From a virus: 64,000 nucleotides of DNA. Position numbers and translations under genes: made by a program. Under the pieces are notes generated by a model, which was not told the origin of the DNA, made no database searches, and saw nothing but the letters and a program-made list of their open reading frames with translations. The stretch spans positions 1-64,000 of IMG/VR virus record IMGVR_UViG_3300042867_001289. One strand, given 5' to 3'. Below are positions 47,919 through 58,227 of this stretch, in pieces (positions within the stretch are counted from its first letter, which is position 1; each line of letters begins with the position of its first letter).

Positions 47919-48149
47919 CAGGCGGGGGCCGCAAGGCCCCCACCTTCTTACGCCCACGGGACTCACACCCCAAGCGACAAACACGACAGCCCCGCCGAAA
48001 CATTCGGACAGGGCTTACTGCGGGACTCATGGTGAAATGAGGGAGCAGGTGGGGAGGCTCACCACAACCGTCCCCACCGCTTCACCTCGTTAGCAGGCTA
48101 TCACCTCGAAGAGGTCTTGTGTGACTTCTCCTGGTAGCCCCGCTAAGGC

Positions 48150-48422
48150 TTAGATGTTATTCTCTTCCTCGCAAAGGGTTACTAAAATGGCATCTTCGTC
48201 TGCCTTTTCGTAGTATCCCATAATGTCTATGCCACCTGAGTCGATGAATCCTGTTTCCTCGATCCATGCAGGTGCTTCATATCTAAGACTTTCCCAGCGA
48301 TAACCGGTGCTGCGGGCTGCCTCTTCGATCCAAAGGACCATCTGGGAAACAGCATCTTCTGGGTTGGCTGCATCAAACTTACATGACACGCTTACTGTGT
48401 ATTCTTCAAGTTCTTCGTTCAT
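48150..48422 (-). CDS. Small acidic protein
   Basis: Own promoter and RBS. Confidence 0.7.
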   Translation of the reverse strand: MNEELEEYTVSVSCKFDAANPEDAVSQMVLWIEEAARSTGYRWESLRYEAPAWIEETGFIDSGGIDIMGYYEKADEDAILVTLCEEENNI

Positions 48423-48499
48423 CGTGTGGCTCCTTGTGTTGGTTGGTGTGTAATCATTGTAGCAGGCACCTGACAGCTTGTCAAGTACCTGCTACGGAA

Positions 48500-48706
48500 T
48501 TACTTCCTTCTCTCAGCAAGCTCGTCACGAACGGCTGCCCAATTTTCCTGAGCTTCACGAACGGCTGCACGCTCAGCATCGACGATGTCCTGAGCGTTCC
48601 TGATACGAACGTAGGACGCTTCGATACGACGCTCTAAAACGCCTTCAGTGTATTCCAGCTCATCGGTTGTAGAATCTGCAATTCTACTCTCAAAGAATGT
48701 ACTCAT
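48500..48706 (-). CDS. Small coiled-coil protein
   Basis: Own promoter. Confidence 0.7.
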   Translation of the reverse strand: MSTFFESRIADSTTDELEYTEGVLERRIEASYVRIRNAQDIVDAERAAVREAQENWAAVRDELAERRK

Positions 48707-48874
48707 TGTTTCTTCTCTCTGCTAGGTGGTAGGTGTAACTATACACGGCACCCGCCTACCAGTCAAATCGACGTACTCGCATCCTGAGAAATCGCTCAGA
48801 TTCTCAAGCAGTGGAGTTGACAGCTTGCACATTGCATGGCATACTAGTGTTTCACCTAGCAGAGAGAAGAAACA

Positions 48875-49165
48875 ATGTACCAACTAGTTGGAGAATCCGA
48901 CTTCGCACAATCCATGAGAACCTACGCAGGCTGGTCATACTCAGCCTCATGCGCGTTCTTCTGGTTCATGGAAGATAACGACAGCACAATCGACGGCTTC
49001 GGGATCGAACTTGATCCCATCGGCCTACGATGCGAGTTCAGCGTCTACGCAGACTTTGACGCTTACGCAGAGTGCTATCCATCTATGGCCACGCTGGACG
49101 ACCTGAGGGAGAGCACCCTAGTCATCGAAGCAGATGACGGCTCTCTGGTCGTGCAAGACATCTAA
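48875..49165 (+). CDS. Acidic MYQ-family protein (paralog 3)
   Basis: MYQLVGESDFAQ..IELDPIGLRC. Confidence 0.8.
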   Translation: MYQLVGESDFAQSMRTYAGWSYSASCAFFWFMEDNDSTIDGFGIELDPIGLRCEFSVYADFDAYAECYPSMATLDDLRESTLVIEADDGSLVVQDI

Positions 49166-49274
49166 GCGATTAGGGGACAGGCTCCGGCTTGTCCCCTTTT
49201 CTGCTGTAAAGACTTGACAAGCAGTGTACAACCATGTACAATAAGAACCATCACCTAGCAGAAAGAAGCAAACA

Positions 49275-49553
49275 ATGGCAATCACCATTAGCAGTAACGG
49301 ATACAGTGTCGGCGACCAAGTCGGCGACTCCCTAGCCTTCCTAGAACAATTCTGGCCAGCACTAGCAAAGCCAATCCTACTCAACCTGCCAGCATACGAC
49401 CCCGAACTACCGGGCTACGATGACGAAGCACTTGACTGGATCATCGCAGACATCGAAGCGACCGACAAGGTTCGCTGGATCGAAGGCGAACCATGGGGAG
49501 TAATCCCAGCCGGGAACCTCGAATACCGACTCTGGAACTGGGAAGAGGAGTGA
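49275..49553 (+). CDS. Small acidic protein
   Basis: TTGACA..TACAAT promoter. Confidence 0.7.
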   Translation: MAITISSNGYSVGDQVGDSLAFLEQFWPALAKPILLNLPAYDPELPGYDDEALDWIIADIEATDKVRWIEGEPWGVIPAGNLEYRLWNWEEE

Positions 49554-49691
49554 GGTGAGGGGCTCCGGCCCTTCCCCCAGTCCCGCTACCCGTTTTCCTG
49601 AACAACCAGGGCGGGGCTAAGCACGCTTTTGCACGCTTTTTGTGGGTACATATGCAGAACCGTGCCCAAATAGGCACGGTTCTGCTACCGA

Positions 49692-49904
49692 TTAGCTGTC
49701 GGCGATAGGTGCCGGTGTAGTGCTAATTGTCTGGTACTTGGATGGGGCGACGCGAACGTCGTTAGCTACGGATAGGACATCCCAGCCAAGTTGCTCGTCT
49801 AGCGTCTCAGCAGCGATCTTGATGGCTACAGCATCGTCGTCGCAGGTTGCCCAAGTCTCAAGGATGAAGTCATCCCCGTAGAAGGTTACTGTCTTGTTTT
49901 CCAT
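49692..49904 (-). CDS. Small acidic protein
   Basis: Own promoter. Confidence 0.7.
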   Translation of the reverse strand: MENKTVTFYGDDFILETWATCDDDAVAIKIAAETLDEQLGWDVLSVANDVRVAPSKYQTISTTPAPIADS

Positions 49905-50072
49905 GTTGGCTCTTTCCTGTTAGGTGGTAGTTGTAACTATACTAGCTAGGCAACCTGCTGTCAACCTTTACTACAGACAAGCTGTGAGCGTTCTCAGCAT
50001 TCATGACGCAAGACTTGACACTGTGGCCTGCAGGGTATAAGGTAGTGTTTCACCAACCAATAAGGAGCCACG

Positions 50073-50258
50073 ATGGCAAAGCAGAAGAAAACCAAACAAT
50101 CCACACGAACAGCCGAGATCGTTCTCGCAATCCGCACCCAAGCACATGAGCAGTACGTCGACGCACTTCGCGACGGTCGCCGCCAACGTGCCGCAACCTA
50201 CCCAGACCGCCGCAAGGTGGCAAACAAGAAGGCTTGTCGCAGGTCAGCATACAGCTGA
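50073..50258 (+). CDS. Small basic protein
   Basis: Lys/Arg-rich; own promoter and RBS. Confidence 0.7.
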   Translation: MAKQKKTKQSTRTAEIVLAIRTQAHEQYVDALRDGRRQRAATYPDRRKVANKKACRRSAYS

Positions 50259-50426
50259 CCTAGCGGCTAAGCCGCTTGCACCAGTCCCGCCTGGGCCACC
50301 AGGGATCTAGGCTGCCGGGGCTAAAAGCTTTTTGCTTCTCTGACCATCGGGGCTAAGGAGCAATTTTTGGTCCCTGGCTATCGGGGCTAAAGGCGCAGGA
50401 GGGGCCGAAGCCCCCCCCACAACCTG

Positions 50427-50756
50427 TTAGCCATATACCACCTCAGTGAAGCAGGCCACCTGAACAATCAGGTCTGCAAGGTCTGCGTCGATGTCGCCAG
50501 CCTCGTTCTCACGAACAGCAACAGCGATCTTATTGACGACCACGGGGTGGATGCCGCTAGTGTCTCCACCGATAATCTGCTCAATCGCTTCCTGCACGTC
50601 CGTTGGCGTGATTGGGTAGCGTTGGCCATCTTCCATGTCGTGGAAAGTGGCGTGAGTGTTCTCATCGGCGTGCGAGTAATCGTCCACTTCCGCCCAGTAG
50701 TTACTGCCACCTTCGGCGGCTGTGACGATGATGTCGGATAGGAATTGTGTGTCCAT
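50427..50756 (-). CDS. Acidic conserved phage protein
   Basis: AAEGGSNYWA..DIDADLADLIVQVACFTEVVYG. Confidence 0.8.
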   Translation of the reverse strand: MDTQFLSDIIVTAAEGGSNYWAEVDDYSHADENTHATFHDMEDGQRYPITPTDVQEAIEQIIGGDTSGIHPVVVNKIAVAVRENEAGDIDADLADLIVQVACFTEVVYG

Positions 50757-50926
50757 TGCTTGGCTCCTTGTGTTGGTTGGTATGTAGTCATTGTAGGGTA
50801 TAGAACGTATCCTGTCAAGCCTTGTCACAGGAAGCCTGATAACGCTCTCAGAATGCCTGACACATATACTTGACAAGATGCTTTAGGTAAAGTACTATGA
50901 GTACACATCAACGAACAAGGAGCCAC

Positions 50927-51253
50927 ATGAGATCCCTACAAGACCTACTAAAATTGTTACGAGGCCTACCAGAGGTCGCAAACCTGCAAGATGCATTCAC
51001 GTTGCTAGACCGTTCTATCGTAACGATAACGGAATACGAACAGCTTGAAAGCGAATGTAGACGCAGAGCCAGAGAACTCAAGTTCTGTCTTGACTCCCTC
51101 GGAATCAAATACGAATCCGCCTGGGGAGAACATCACTCTTGGTCAGTCTACCTAGCCACCAACGACTGCACCGTGAAAGGTGCACCCCTAACAGGACCAG
51201 TCATCGCAGACTGCCGAGCATCCCAGCTAATGACAAGCTTCAGTCGAATCTAG
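50927..51253 (+). CDS. Hypothetical protein
   Basis: Own promoter and RBS. Confidence 0.7.
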   Translation: MRSLQDLLKLLRGLPEVANLQDAFTLLDRSIVTITEYEQLESECRRRARELKFCLDSLGIKYESAWGEHHSWSVYLATNDCTVKGAPLTGPVIADCRASQLMTSFSRI

Positions 51254-51397
51254 CGAGGGTCCGTCCGAAAGGGCGGGCTCTTCACCAGCCCCGGACGCCC
51301 AATGCTGTAGCGGGACTATCGTATGCCCTGGTCGCACGATGAGGCTGGCAGGCCCCGCTTCGGGCGGGGAGGCTTGGGGGCCGAAGCCCCCGTTGCC

Positions 51398-51610
51398 TTA
51401 CCAGCCGACACCTTGTCGCCCTGCCGCTATGCGATCCTCGTAGATCTCGTGGATGCTCATGATCCAGTCAAACGCTTCTGCGATGTCACGAGCGTCTTTG
51501 CAGTGTTCCCAGACTTGTTCGTCTTCCCAGCACTCGTCGATGACTGAGCAGCTTCCGCTGCCGATGATCTGGTTTCCTCGGATGAATTTGATTAGCTCTT
51601 GCTTGTCCAT
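51398..51610 (-). CDS. Small hypothetical protein
   Basis: GSGSCSVIDECWEDE. Confidence 0.75.
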   Translation of the reverse strand: MDKQELIKFIRGNQIIGSGSCSVIDECWEDEQVWEHCKDARDIAEAFDWIMSIHEIYEDRIAAGRQGVGW

Positions 51611-51780
51611 TGCTTTCCTCTTTCTTGTAGGTGATAGGTGTAACTGTACATGGTAACGGCCTGCCAGTCAAATCGTTGCACAAGAACCCTGTGGACGCTA
51701 TCAGGTTTCCGAGCAGTGGGGTTGACACAGTGTAGCTTGTATGGCATAATAAATAGACATCAACCAACAGGAGCTAAACA

Positions 51781-52143
51781 ATGAGAATCAACGACACATG
51801 GCGAGACGTAAACTCGGGAACGGTAATCGACCGCATTGCCGAACTGGGAGCGATCAGTCTTGCCGACGCAGATGAGAACGACTCAATCGAACTGGCAGAA
51901 CTACAGAATCTCGATCAACAAGGACGCGAGATTGTGGGCTGGGCCGAAGGCTACGTCATGCTAATCAAGGACGGCTACATGGAAGACCACGCTCAAGAGC
52001 GAGCAGAAGAAGAGGGCAAAATTAGCTTCAACGAGTGGCCAGCAACGGCCATTGACTGGCATCAAGCAGCAGAAGAACTCAAGTTCTCCTACGGCTACAT
52101 CCCAGTCGACTTTTTCAACAGCACCTACTGGGTCGTCAAGTAA
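51781..52143 (+). CDS. Acidic protein resembling the ArdA antirestriction C-terminal region
   Basis: EDHAQERAEE.G..WP..AIDWHQAAEEL..Y. Confidence 0.55.
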   Translation: MRINDTWRDVNSGTVIDRIAELGAISLADADENDSIELAELQNLDQQGREIVGWAEGYVMLIKDGYMEDHAQERAEEEGKISFNEWPATAIDWHQAAEELKFSYGYIPVDFFNSTYWVVK

Positions 52144-52223
52144 GAAACCTCTCAGCGCCCCCTTGACAAACCGTCATGGGGGCGCTACAATGTACACATA
52201 CCACCTAACAGAAGGAGCCAAAC

Positions 52224-52736
52224 ATGCCAAACTGGTGTGAGAACACATTACAAATCAAAGGACCAATCACAGACCTAGAAGACATGGTCAACAAACTTGA
52301 CCAAGTCGAAGCCAACGCACTACTAGAGGTCTTCGCCCCAATCGGCGACTGGGACTACGACAAAGCCACCAAATCCTGGGGCACCAAATGGGACGTAGAA
52401 TACAACGTCTCTGACGCAATGGACGCAGAAGACGGCCAAGCCATCCTCGTCATGGGCTTCGCCTCCGCATGGGGGCCACCCGTCGAAGGAATCCAAACGT
52501 GGTCAAAGTTGTACCCAGATACGATGTTCCGCATCGCATACTCAGAATCAGGAATGTGCTTCTGGGGAGTTGAAATCATCCAAGATGGTGAAATCATCTC
52601 AAGCAACACTGGTGACATCCCAGACTTCCTCCCATTTGAGAGGCAGGGCGGCCCCACCGACGACGACTACCAGAAAGCATGGGACCTACAAGAAGCATGG
52701 GTAGATACAACCCTCCAACAAGGGGCGTTCACATGA
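52224..52736 (+). CDS. YubB/DUF1281 ferredoxin-like protein
   Basis: MPNWCENTL..WGTKWD..FASAWGPP..YSESGMCFWG. Confidence 0.8.
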   Translation: MPNWCENTLQIKGPITDLEDMVNKLDQVEANALLEVFAPIGDWDYDKATKSWGTKWDVEYNVSDAMDAEDGQAILVMGFASAWGPPVEGIQTWSKLYPDTMFRIAYSESGMCFWGVEIIQDGEIISSNTGDIPDFLPFERQGGPTDDDYQKAWDLQEAWVDTTLQQGAFT

Positions 52737-52891
52737 GCGGACGCCAATGGCTTCTAGCCGAAAACTTCGCGCTAGAAGCCAAAATCCAGAAGGTAGATCC
52801 CGTACTACTCATCCAAGCAATAGCTGACCTAAACGGACTCCTGTTAGGAGTAGCTAAACCCAAGCAAAGCAAAGAACAAATTACTCCTTGA
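52733..52891 (+). CDS. Small hypothetical protein
   Basis: ATGA overlap. Confidence 0.5.
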   Translation: MSGRQWLLAENFALEAKIQKVDPVLLIQAIADLNGLLLGVAKPKQSKEQITP

Positions 52892-53411
52892 GAGAGGAAG
52901 CGAGTTTCAAGCCTGAGACCTATGCCCACCACCACCAAAAAGGTGGAGAAGGGGCATAGGTCAATCACTCCCATCGGAGTCGCTTCGTCACGAAGCCATC
53001 GAAATACGGTGTCGGGTATTATCCGATCACATTACCGGCATATGTTTGCGGGGCTTGGCGCTAATATATTTATGCGCACGAAAGCATTCGTTCGGCTCGG
53101 GCATCCTTTATCCGACTGCCCGCAAACGCGAGATTTGCAGACGTCCCGCTTAATGGGAACGTCTGCGGCATGCCCCTCTAACGGGCGACTGTACCGACGG
53201 CTAACCGGCCCCCCAGGTTTAAGACTCGGGGCTGTCTGTGTTTGCTTCACGTTTTGTGTAGCGGCAGGGACTGTAGCACCGTGTTTTGTCGCGTGTTGGA
53301 TACTTTGATTAATATGTTTTTCCTCAGTTTGCTCAGACGGTCAATTTGACGTATTGCCTTAACTGGTGTAGAGTGATACCACTACCTACTACAGCAATGA
53401 AGGAGCCAAAC

Positions 53412-53912
53412 ATGACTTACATCGATCAAGCGTTTGCAAAAATGATTGAAGCCGGACTTGAAGAAGTGGAAAGAACCACCGAGAAAGTCTCAGTGCCGGA
53501 CGGCATCTGGGCACCGAACTCCCGATGGGAATACGGTGACGACGAGGGACCAGAATGGCCTTTCTCGAAGTTTGAGGAGATCTACGTCGTCACAGCCTCT
53601 GGCTACAGGTATGAGATCACTCCAGTGATCCTGCCGGACTACTGGCGCATCGCGATCCTCGTCCTGTCGCCCGACGTAGGTGATGTACTTAACCTAGGCC
53701 TTCCAGCAGGTAACGACATGGATCTGGCCGTTGAGATTAAGGATGACGAGGTTGAGTTTGCCATGGATCTGGCGGTGGCCGTAGCTGTCGAAGAAATCTC
53801 GACTCAGCTTCATAAGGCATTGGAGACGGACGTTGTTCGTCAGGCGAATGCTTTGGTTGCCAAGTTTCGGGAGTCGGCCAATCAACATTTTGATGCAAGC
53901 TGGCGGAAGTAG
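53412..53912 (+). CDS. Acidic hypothetical protein
   Basis: Own promoter, RBS AAGGAG. Confidence 0.75.
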   Translation: MTYIDQAFAKMIEAGLEEVERTTEKVSVPDGIWAPNSRWEYGDDEGPEWPFSKFEEIYVVTASGYRYEITPVILPDYWRIAILVLSPDVGDVLNLGLPAGNDMDLAVEIKDDEVEFAMDLAVAVAVEEISTQLHKALETDVVRQANALVAKFRESANQHFDASWRK

Positions 53913-53985
53913 TCGAATAAATCCCTTGACAGCCTGATCTAAACAAGCTACAATAAGAACCTAACTACCACACGAAAGAGCCAAA

Positions 53986-54513
53986 ATGCACACACCACAA
54001 GGTACAAGATCAATCTCCGTATGGGGAGCAAGAGGAGGCATGGGCTGCACCACGACAGCACTCCTACTAGCCAAAACAGGGCTAACCGCCATCGTCTACG
54101 ACCAGATACACAACGGTGGGTTCGACATCCCCACCAAAGAAAGCAAATGGTCAGAAACCCCAGGGCCATGGGAACTCGAAATCAGTGACCGTGGACCAAT
54201 CTCCGAAGAAAGCCGATGGGACCTTGCAGACCTAAACTACATCGTCCTACGCGGCCCATCCTTCCTCGGACTTGCAAGCATCGTCGAACTAGCCGAGTAC
54301 TGGATACCATCAGCACACACCATCAGTGTCATCGTCCTAGAAGACGAACATTCAATTCTGACTGTCGAAGAAGTATCAGCAGTGCTTCACAACGTCAAAG
54401 TCACCTCAATGCCACTAACCCCAGCTATCGCAAGGCTTAGCGACAGAGGCATGATCTGCGACATCCCCACGATGGCAGACGAACCACAACTAGTCGAAAT
54501 GCTAATCAAGTAA
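53986..54513 (+). CDS. Degenerate MinD/ParA/CpaE-like P-loop protein
   Basis: ISVWGARGGMGCTTTA deviant Walker A without Lys. Confidence 0.6.
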   Translation: MHTPQGTRSISVWGARGGMGCTTTALLLAKTGLTAIVYDQIHNGGFDIPTKESKWSETPGPWELEISDRGPISEESRWDLADLNYIVLRGPSFLGLASIVELAEYWIPSAHTISVIVLEDEHSILTVEEVSAVLHNVKVTSMPLTPAIARLSDRGMICDIPTMADEPQLVEMLIK

Positions 54514-54581
54514 TCCGGCTGGGGCTTCGGCCCCAGCCACACCAAATCGCCTACAATGGTGACACCCGACAAGGAGTCCCG

Positions 54582-54944
54582 ATGCCCGACATTCCCCCAA
54601 ACAGCTCTCAACTATTCGTCTCCGACTGGCTTGGTACAAACTACAAGGCATGGGAAATCACAGACGCCCTAAGAGAGCTAGCCTCAGAATTTGGTTTAGA
54701 TGCCGACGATGTTGTCGGGACTGGTATACGGGTTGTTAAACTCCAGGCTTCGAAAAGCCTTGAAACTGATGACGACAAATTTTGGTATGAAAGCAGCAAC
54801 GACACATATGCGTCCCGGGATATCTGGGCTGTTGTAGAAGGAAGTCCCGTTAACGCTGTGATTCTTTACCTTGATATAGAAGCTAATGAATTGAAGGCTA
54901 ATGCTTGGGCTGAGAGGGAAAGGTTCAGGCGACTGAACCCTTAA
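54582..54944 (+). CDS. Hypothetical protein
   Basis: RBS AAGGAG. Confidence 0.7.
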   Translation: MPDIPPNSSQLFVSDWLGTNYKAWEITDALRELASEFGLDADDVVGTGIRVVKLQASKSLETDDDKFWYESSNDTYASRDIWAVVEGSPVNAVILYLDIEANELKANAWAERERFRRLNP

Positions 54945-54956
54945 GGAGTCCCGTAT

Positions 54957-55322
54957 ATGGTTCTAGATCCGTTCACGTTTTTTTTAGTAAGCCTTGCCGT
55001 TTATCGTGTTGTTAGGTTTTGCCTGTACGACAGTTTGATAGCCCCGCTCAGGGATCGCCTGTTTGAGGGTTTGTCTTTTGATCGTGAGTATGACGACGGG
55101 ACTGTTGAGTTGTTTGGTCGTCCTGGGTTGCGGGGCTGGTTTTTTTCTTTGTTGTCTTGTTATTGGTGTTTTGGGGTTTGGGTTGCGGGGCTGTTTAGTT
55201 TGGTTTGGGTTGTGTGGGGTGGTTTGGGTTGCGGGGCTGGTGTTGTGGTTTGGTTGGCTTTGTCTGTTGTCGGGGCTTGGTTGCGTATGTTTGAGCTTTT
55301 GGTTGTGGGTTTTATTGACTGA
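54957..55322 (+). CDS. DUF1360-like membrane protein
   Basis: LAVYRVVR..D..PLR..LSCYWCFGVWVA. Confidence 0.75.
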   Translation: MVLDPFTFFLVSLAVYRVVRFCLYDSLIAPLRDRLFEGLSFDREYDDGTVELFGRPGLRGWFFSLLSCYWCFGVWVAGLFSLVWVVWGGLGCGAGVVVWLALSVVGAWLRMFELLVVGFID

Positions 55323-55411
55323 GAGTTTTGTCAGGTTTCTGGGCAGACGATTTGACGTATCCTTGCTTGCAGTGTACAGTGGGTACACATCAACCAACAA
55401 GGAGCCATACA

Positions 55412-55891
55412 ATGTCATACATTTACAACACACTTACACTCTCTGGTAGCAACGACACAATCACAAAGTTCGTCCTTGCTATCAACGACAACAAGAACAC
55501 ACTGCGCAACACATGGTCTGTTCTTGGAACACACCTACCAGAGTGGCATCACCCTGATGAGGCTAACGACCCATTCTATGTGGAAGACGGTCACGCCTAT
55601 ATCAACACTTGCACCACGTTTATGGCCCCTACGGGCGCTCTACAGAAGGTGTCGGTCAACTTCCCTAACTTGACCTTCTCTAATTACTTTACGGAAGAGT
55701 CAGATGCCTTTGCTGGTTACGCTGTAATCAAGGACGGTGTGGTCTTGGATGTCTACGATGAGGATCAGCCTGATTTTGAGTGGGACGATAATCCTGATTC
55801 CGATAATGAGGATTTTTATGACCAGATCAGCGAATGGCAACGTGGCATCGAGGATCGCTGTTACAACAGTGCCGAGAACGTAAAGTCCTAA
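55412..55891 (+). CDS. Divergent YubB-like protein
   Basis: NTLTLSG..TFMAP..FPNLTF..EESDAFAG. Confidence 0.65.
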   Translation: MSYIYNTLTLSGSNDTITKFVLAINDNKNTLRNTWSVLGTHLPEWHHPDEANDPFYVEDGHAYINTCTTFMAPTGALQKVSVNFPNLTFSNYFTEESDAFAGYAVIKDGVVLDVYDEDQPDFEWDDNPDSDNEDFYDQISEWQRGIEDRCYNSAENVKS

Positions 55892-55973
55892 TAAGAACCT
55901 TCACAGCACCCCTTTGACAGACCGTCAGGGGGGTGCTACAGTGTACACATACCAACTACTAAGGAGCTAAACA

Positions 55974-56186
55974 ATGCCTACAACCTACATGACACTAGTA
56001 CTATCCGACGACACCGAATTTTGTAAGCCTTTCATTGGAAGAGCACGCCCTGACGAGGTAATCGTGGTCGGTGGCATCGATCAGCAAGTCAACGTCAACA
56101 TTCATGCCACAAAGGATCAGTGGGCGGCATTAGCAGTCTATTGCCTACAGTGTGTAGAAGCACTAGTGCTGGATGAAGCAAAATGA
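55974..56186 (+). CDS. Small hypothetical protein
   Basis: Own promoter and RBS. Confidence 0.7.
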   Translation: MPTTYMTLVLSDDTEFCKPFIGRARPDEVIVVGGIDQQVNVNIHATKDQWAALAVYCLQCVEALVLDEAK

Positions 56187-56596
56187 ACACAGACATCTAC
56201 GGAAACCAAATCACTACACACTCGCTAAACATCGACTGGAACTTGCTAGCTAAGCAAAAGAAGCTAGTTCTAGACTTTCTAAATAGTGAGAGTCCAACAC
56301 AATTTGCCGACGTATGGAACAACAGCGACGGCCAGGATCTGATGGATGGACTCTTAAACGTCCTTGACAGCTTGCAAGATCAAGCCGCAGAAGAGCTTGG
56401 CGAAGAAGCCGTATTTGGGCCATGGTGGAATTACCGAACGCCTACCCATAAAATTGTCTGGTCAGAAGGACATGGCTTTGTCGAAGATGAACAATTTTTT
56501 ACAAACATTATGGATGCGAAGAATTACAAGGCCGAACACCCATTGGGCAAGTTTGCGTCTGTGGTTCCCATACCTGACGGAAGCGGCTTAATCTGA
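56183..56596 (+). CDS. Hypothetical protein
   Basis: ATGA overlap. Confidence 0.7.
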   Translation: MNTDIYGNQITTHSLNIDWNLLAKQKKLVLDFLNSESPTQFADVWNNSDGQDLMDGLLNVLDSLQDQAAEELGEEAVFGPWWNYRTPTHKIVWSEGHGFVEDEQFFTNIMDAKNYKAEHPLGKFASVVPIPDGSGLI

Positions 56597-56683
56597 GAGG
56601 ATCCTCAGGTTCAGCCGCTTGCGATTTGCGCCAACATGCATTGCCATGTACGATGTACACATACCAACCAACAAGGAGCCACA

Positions 56684-57556
56684 ATGCTAAAGCCACAACA
56701 ACTAGAACAGCACCTATCCCAACTAACAGAACTAGCAGAATCTGACCTAATGAGCGCTAAAGAGGCAAACAGCTTCTACGCACAAGTGAGGGTCCTATTC
56801 GGTTTCAAGCCACTAGCAGGGTTTTTTCTTTCAACAGAGAAAGATATCGCCAAGCTAGACGTGGGAACGGGCCGCCACCTAATCGGCCTATCTCTCCCAC
56901 CGGCCACATCCTCTGGTCTTGCCAACACTTGCGCATTCGAAGACGACTGTCTGACAAAGTGCGTAGGCGTAGGCGGTTCGAATCGCTTCAGTAGCGCTTC
57001 TAACGGCAAGGCGGCCAGACTGCAATTGTTTATCGACAATCCCCAGGCCGCGCTAGCGTTGCTAGTAGGCGGGATCGATAAGGCAGTAGCTAACCATGGT
57101 GCCGAGAATGTAGCCGTTCGATTGAATATCTATTCGGATCTTAGGTGGGAACGCATTCTGCCAAATTGGTTCTGGACACGCTTTGCAAACGTAGTCTTCT
57201 ACGATTACACAAAGCATCCTCTGGCCAGTCGACCAGTAGCAACTATTCCAGCTAATTACAAGCTGACATACTCTGTTAGCAAGCGGTCGACGGTATGGCA
57301 AGTGTCTAACCAGCGTAACGCAGGACGGCCAGTAGCGGTCGTTATCGATACCCGTGGCGGTAAGGTCAAGGGGACCGATAAGTACCGTGATTTGCCGCTT
57401 GAGGCAGACGGTGTGACCATCGTCGACGGTGACGCTAGTGATCGTCGCTATGAAGATCCTGCTGGCGCTTTAGTTCTTCTACGTCGGAAGAATGGTCTGC
57501 CCGCATCTGATCCTCTGGTTCGGAATGCGGAGCAATTGGAAGCAATGCTTTCCTAA
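56684..57556 (+). CDS. GP88-like phage protein
   Basis: LSLPPA..NTC..C..C; VRLNIYSDL; FYDYTK; NYKLTYS; VDGDASDRR. Confidence 0.7.
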   Translation: MLKPQQLEQHLSQLTELAESDLMSAKEANSFYAQVRVLFGFKPLAGFFLSTEKDIAKLDVGTGRHLIGLSLPPATSSGLANTCAFEDDCLTKCVGVGGSNRFSSASNGKAARLQLFIDNPQAALALLVGGIDKAVANHGAENVAVRLNIYSDLRWERILPNWFWTRFANVVFYDYTKHPLASRPVATIPANYKLTYSVSKRSTVWQVSNQRNAGRPVAVVIDTRGGKVKGTDKYRDLPLEADGVTIVDGDASDRRYEDPAGALVLLRRKNGLPASDPLVRNAEQLEAMLS

Positions 57557-57644
57557 GAACCTTCACAGGTGGCGGGTGGAATCACTTGACGAGAGTGGTT
57601 TCACCCGCTATCATGTACACATACCAACTACTAAGGAGCTAGCA

Positions 57645-58133
57645 ATGAGACCACAAAAAACACTAAGAGAACTAGTCGGAATCATAATGGTTCCATCTCA
57701 CGAGCTTGAAGAGCTCATCTTGGACGCTTACGCCGACGAAATTGAGAAGGCCGTACAAACAGCAATCTCTGACCAGATCAGCGAAGAAGTTCGAGATGCG
57801 GGGCTCTACGAGATCACAGATCAAAACATTCTGTGTAGTGACCATAGCGAGCCTTTCACTTGGCACGCTGTTGTTAGTTACGATGAGCCACTTGACCCCG
57901 AGTCTGAGTCTGTGAACGACTTTTACATGCCGACCCAGGAGGGTGATATGGCCGTGGAAGCTGCTGTGCGCAAGGTTCTGGGATCTAAGTCGATTGAAGG
58001 CGCAATGTATTATGTCCAGCTAGAAGTAGCTGAACAGGGGTTTGATCAGTGCAATGCCGTTTATGGCATAGATGTTGCTATGAGGATTCGTGCCGTCTTG
58101 AATGGGACTCAGCGCCTGTACGTCGCAATGTAA
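57645..58133 (+). CDS. Acidic hypothetical protein
   Basis: Own promoter and RBS. Confidence 0.7.
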   Translation: MRPQKTLRELVGIIMVPSHELEELILDAYADEIEKAVQTAISDQISEEVRDAGLYEITDQNILCSDHSEPFTWHAVVSYDEPLDPESESVNDFYMPTQEGDMAVEAAVRKVLGSKSIEGAMYYVQLEVAEQGFDQCNAVYGIDVAMRIRAVLNGTQRLYVAM

Positions 58134-58227
58134 AGCTGAGTGGCCTCACAGCTAGTGGGGCCACTCACTTGACCATCTATTATCTATCTGTTACCATGTA
58201 CACATGACAAACAACGAGGAGCCAACA

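Larger units (their letters stand above)
35364..52143. other. Array of ~42 mostly single-gene units in alternating orientation
   Basis: Repeated TTGACA/-10 promoters, CACC(A/T)A(A/G)C leader, RBS, short ORF, GC hairpin; about 18 divergent pairs. Confidence 0.9.

Noticed and set aside
35364-52143. CRISPR array or classical integron
   Set aside because: Repeats are degenerate, about 0.9 kb apart and alternate in orientation; no cas operon, no integrase, no consistent GTTRRRY/RYYYAAC ends.
52892-53340. Possible ncRNA or ORF 52922..53308
   Set aside because: No RBS or array-type promoter and no recognisable RNA family; unresolved without a covariance search.
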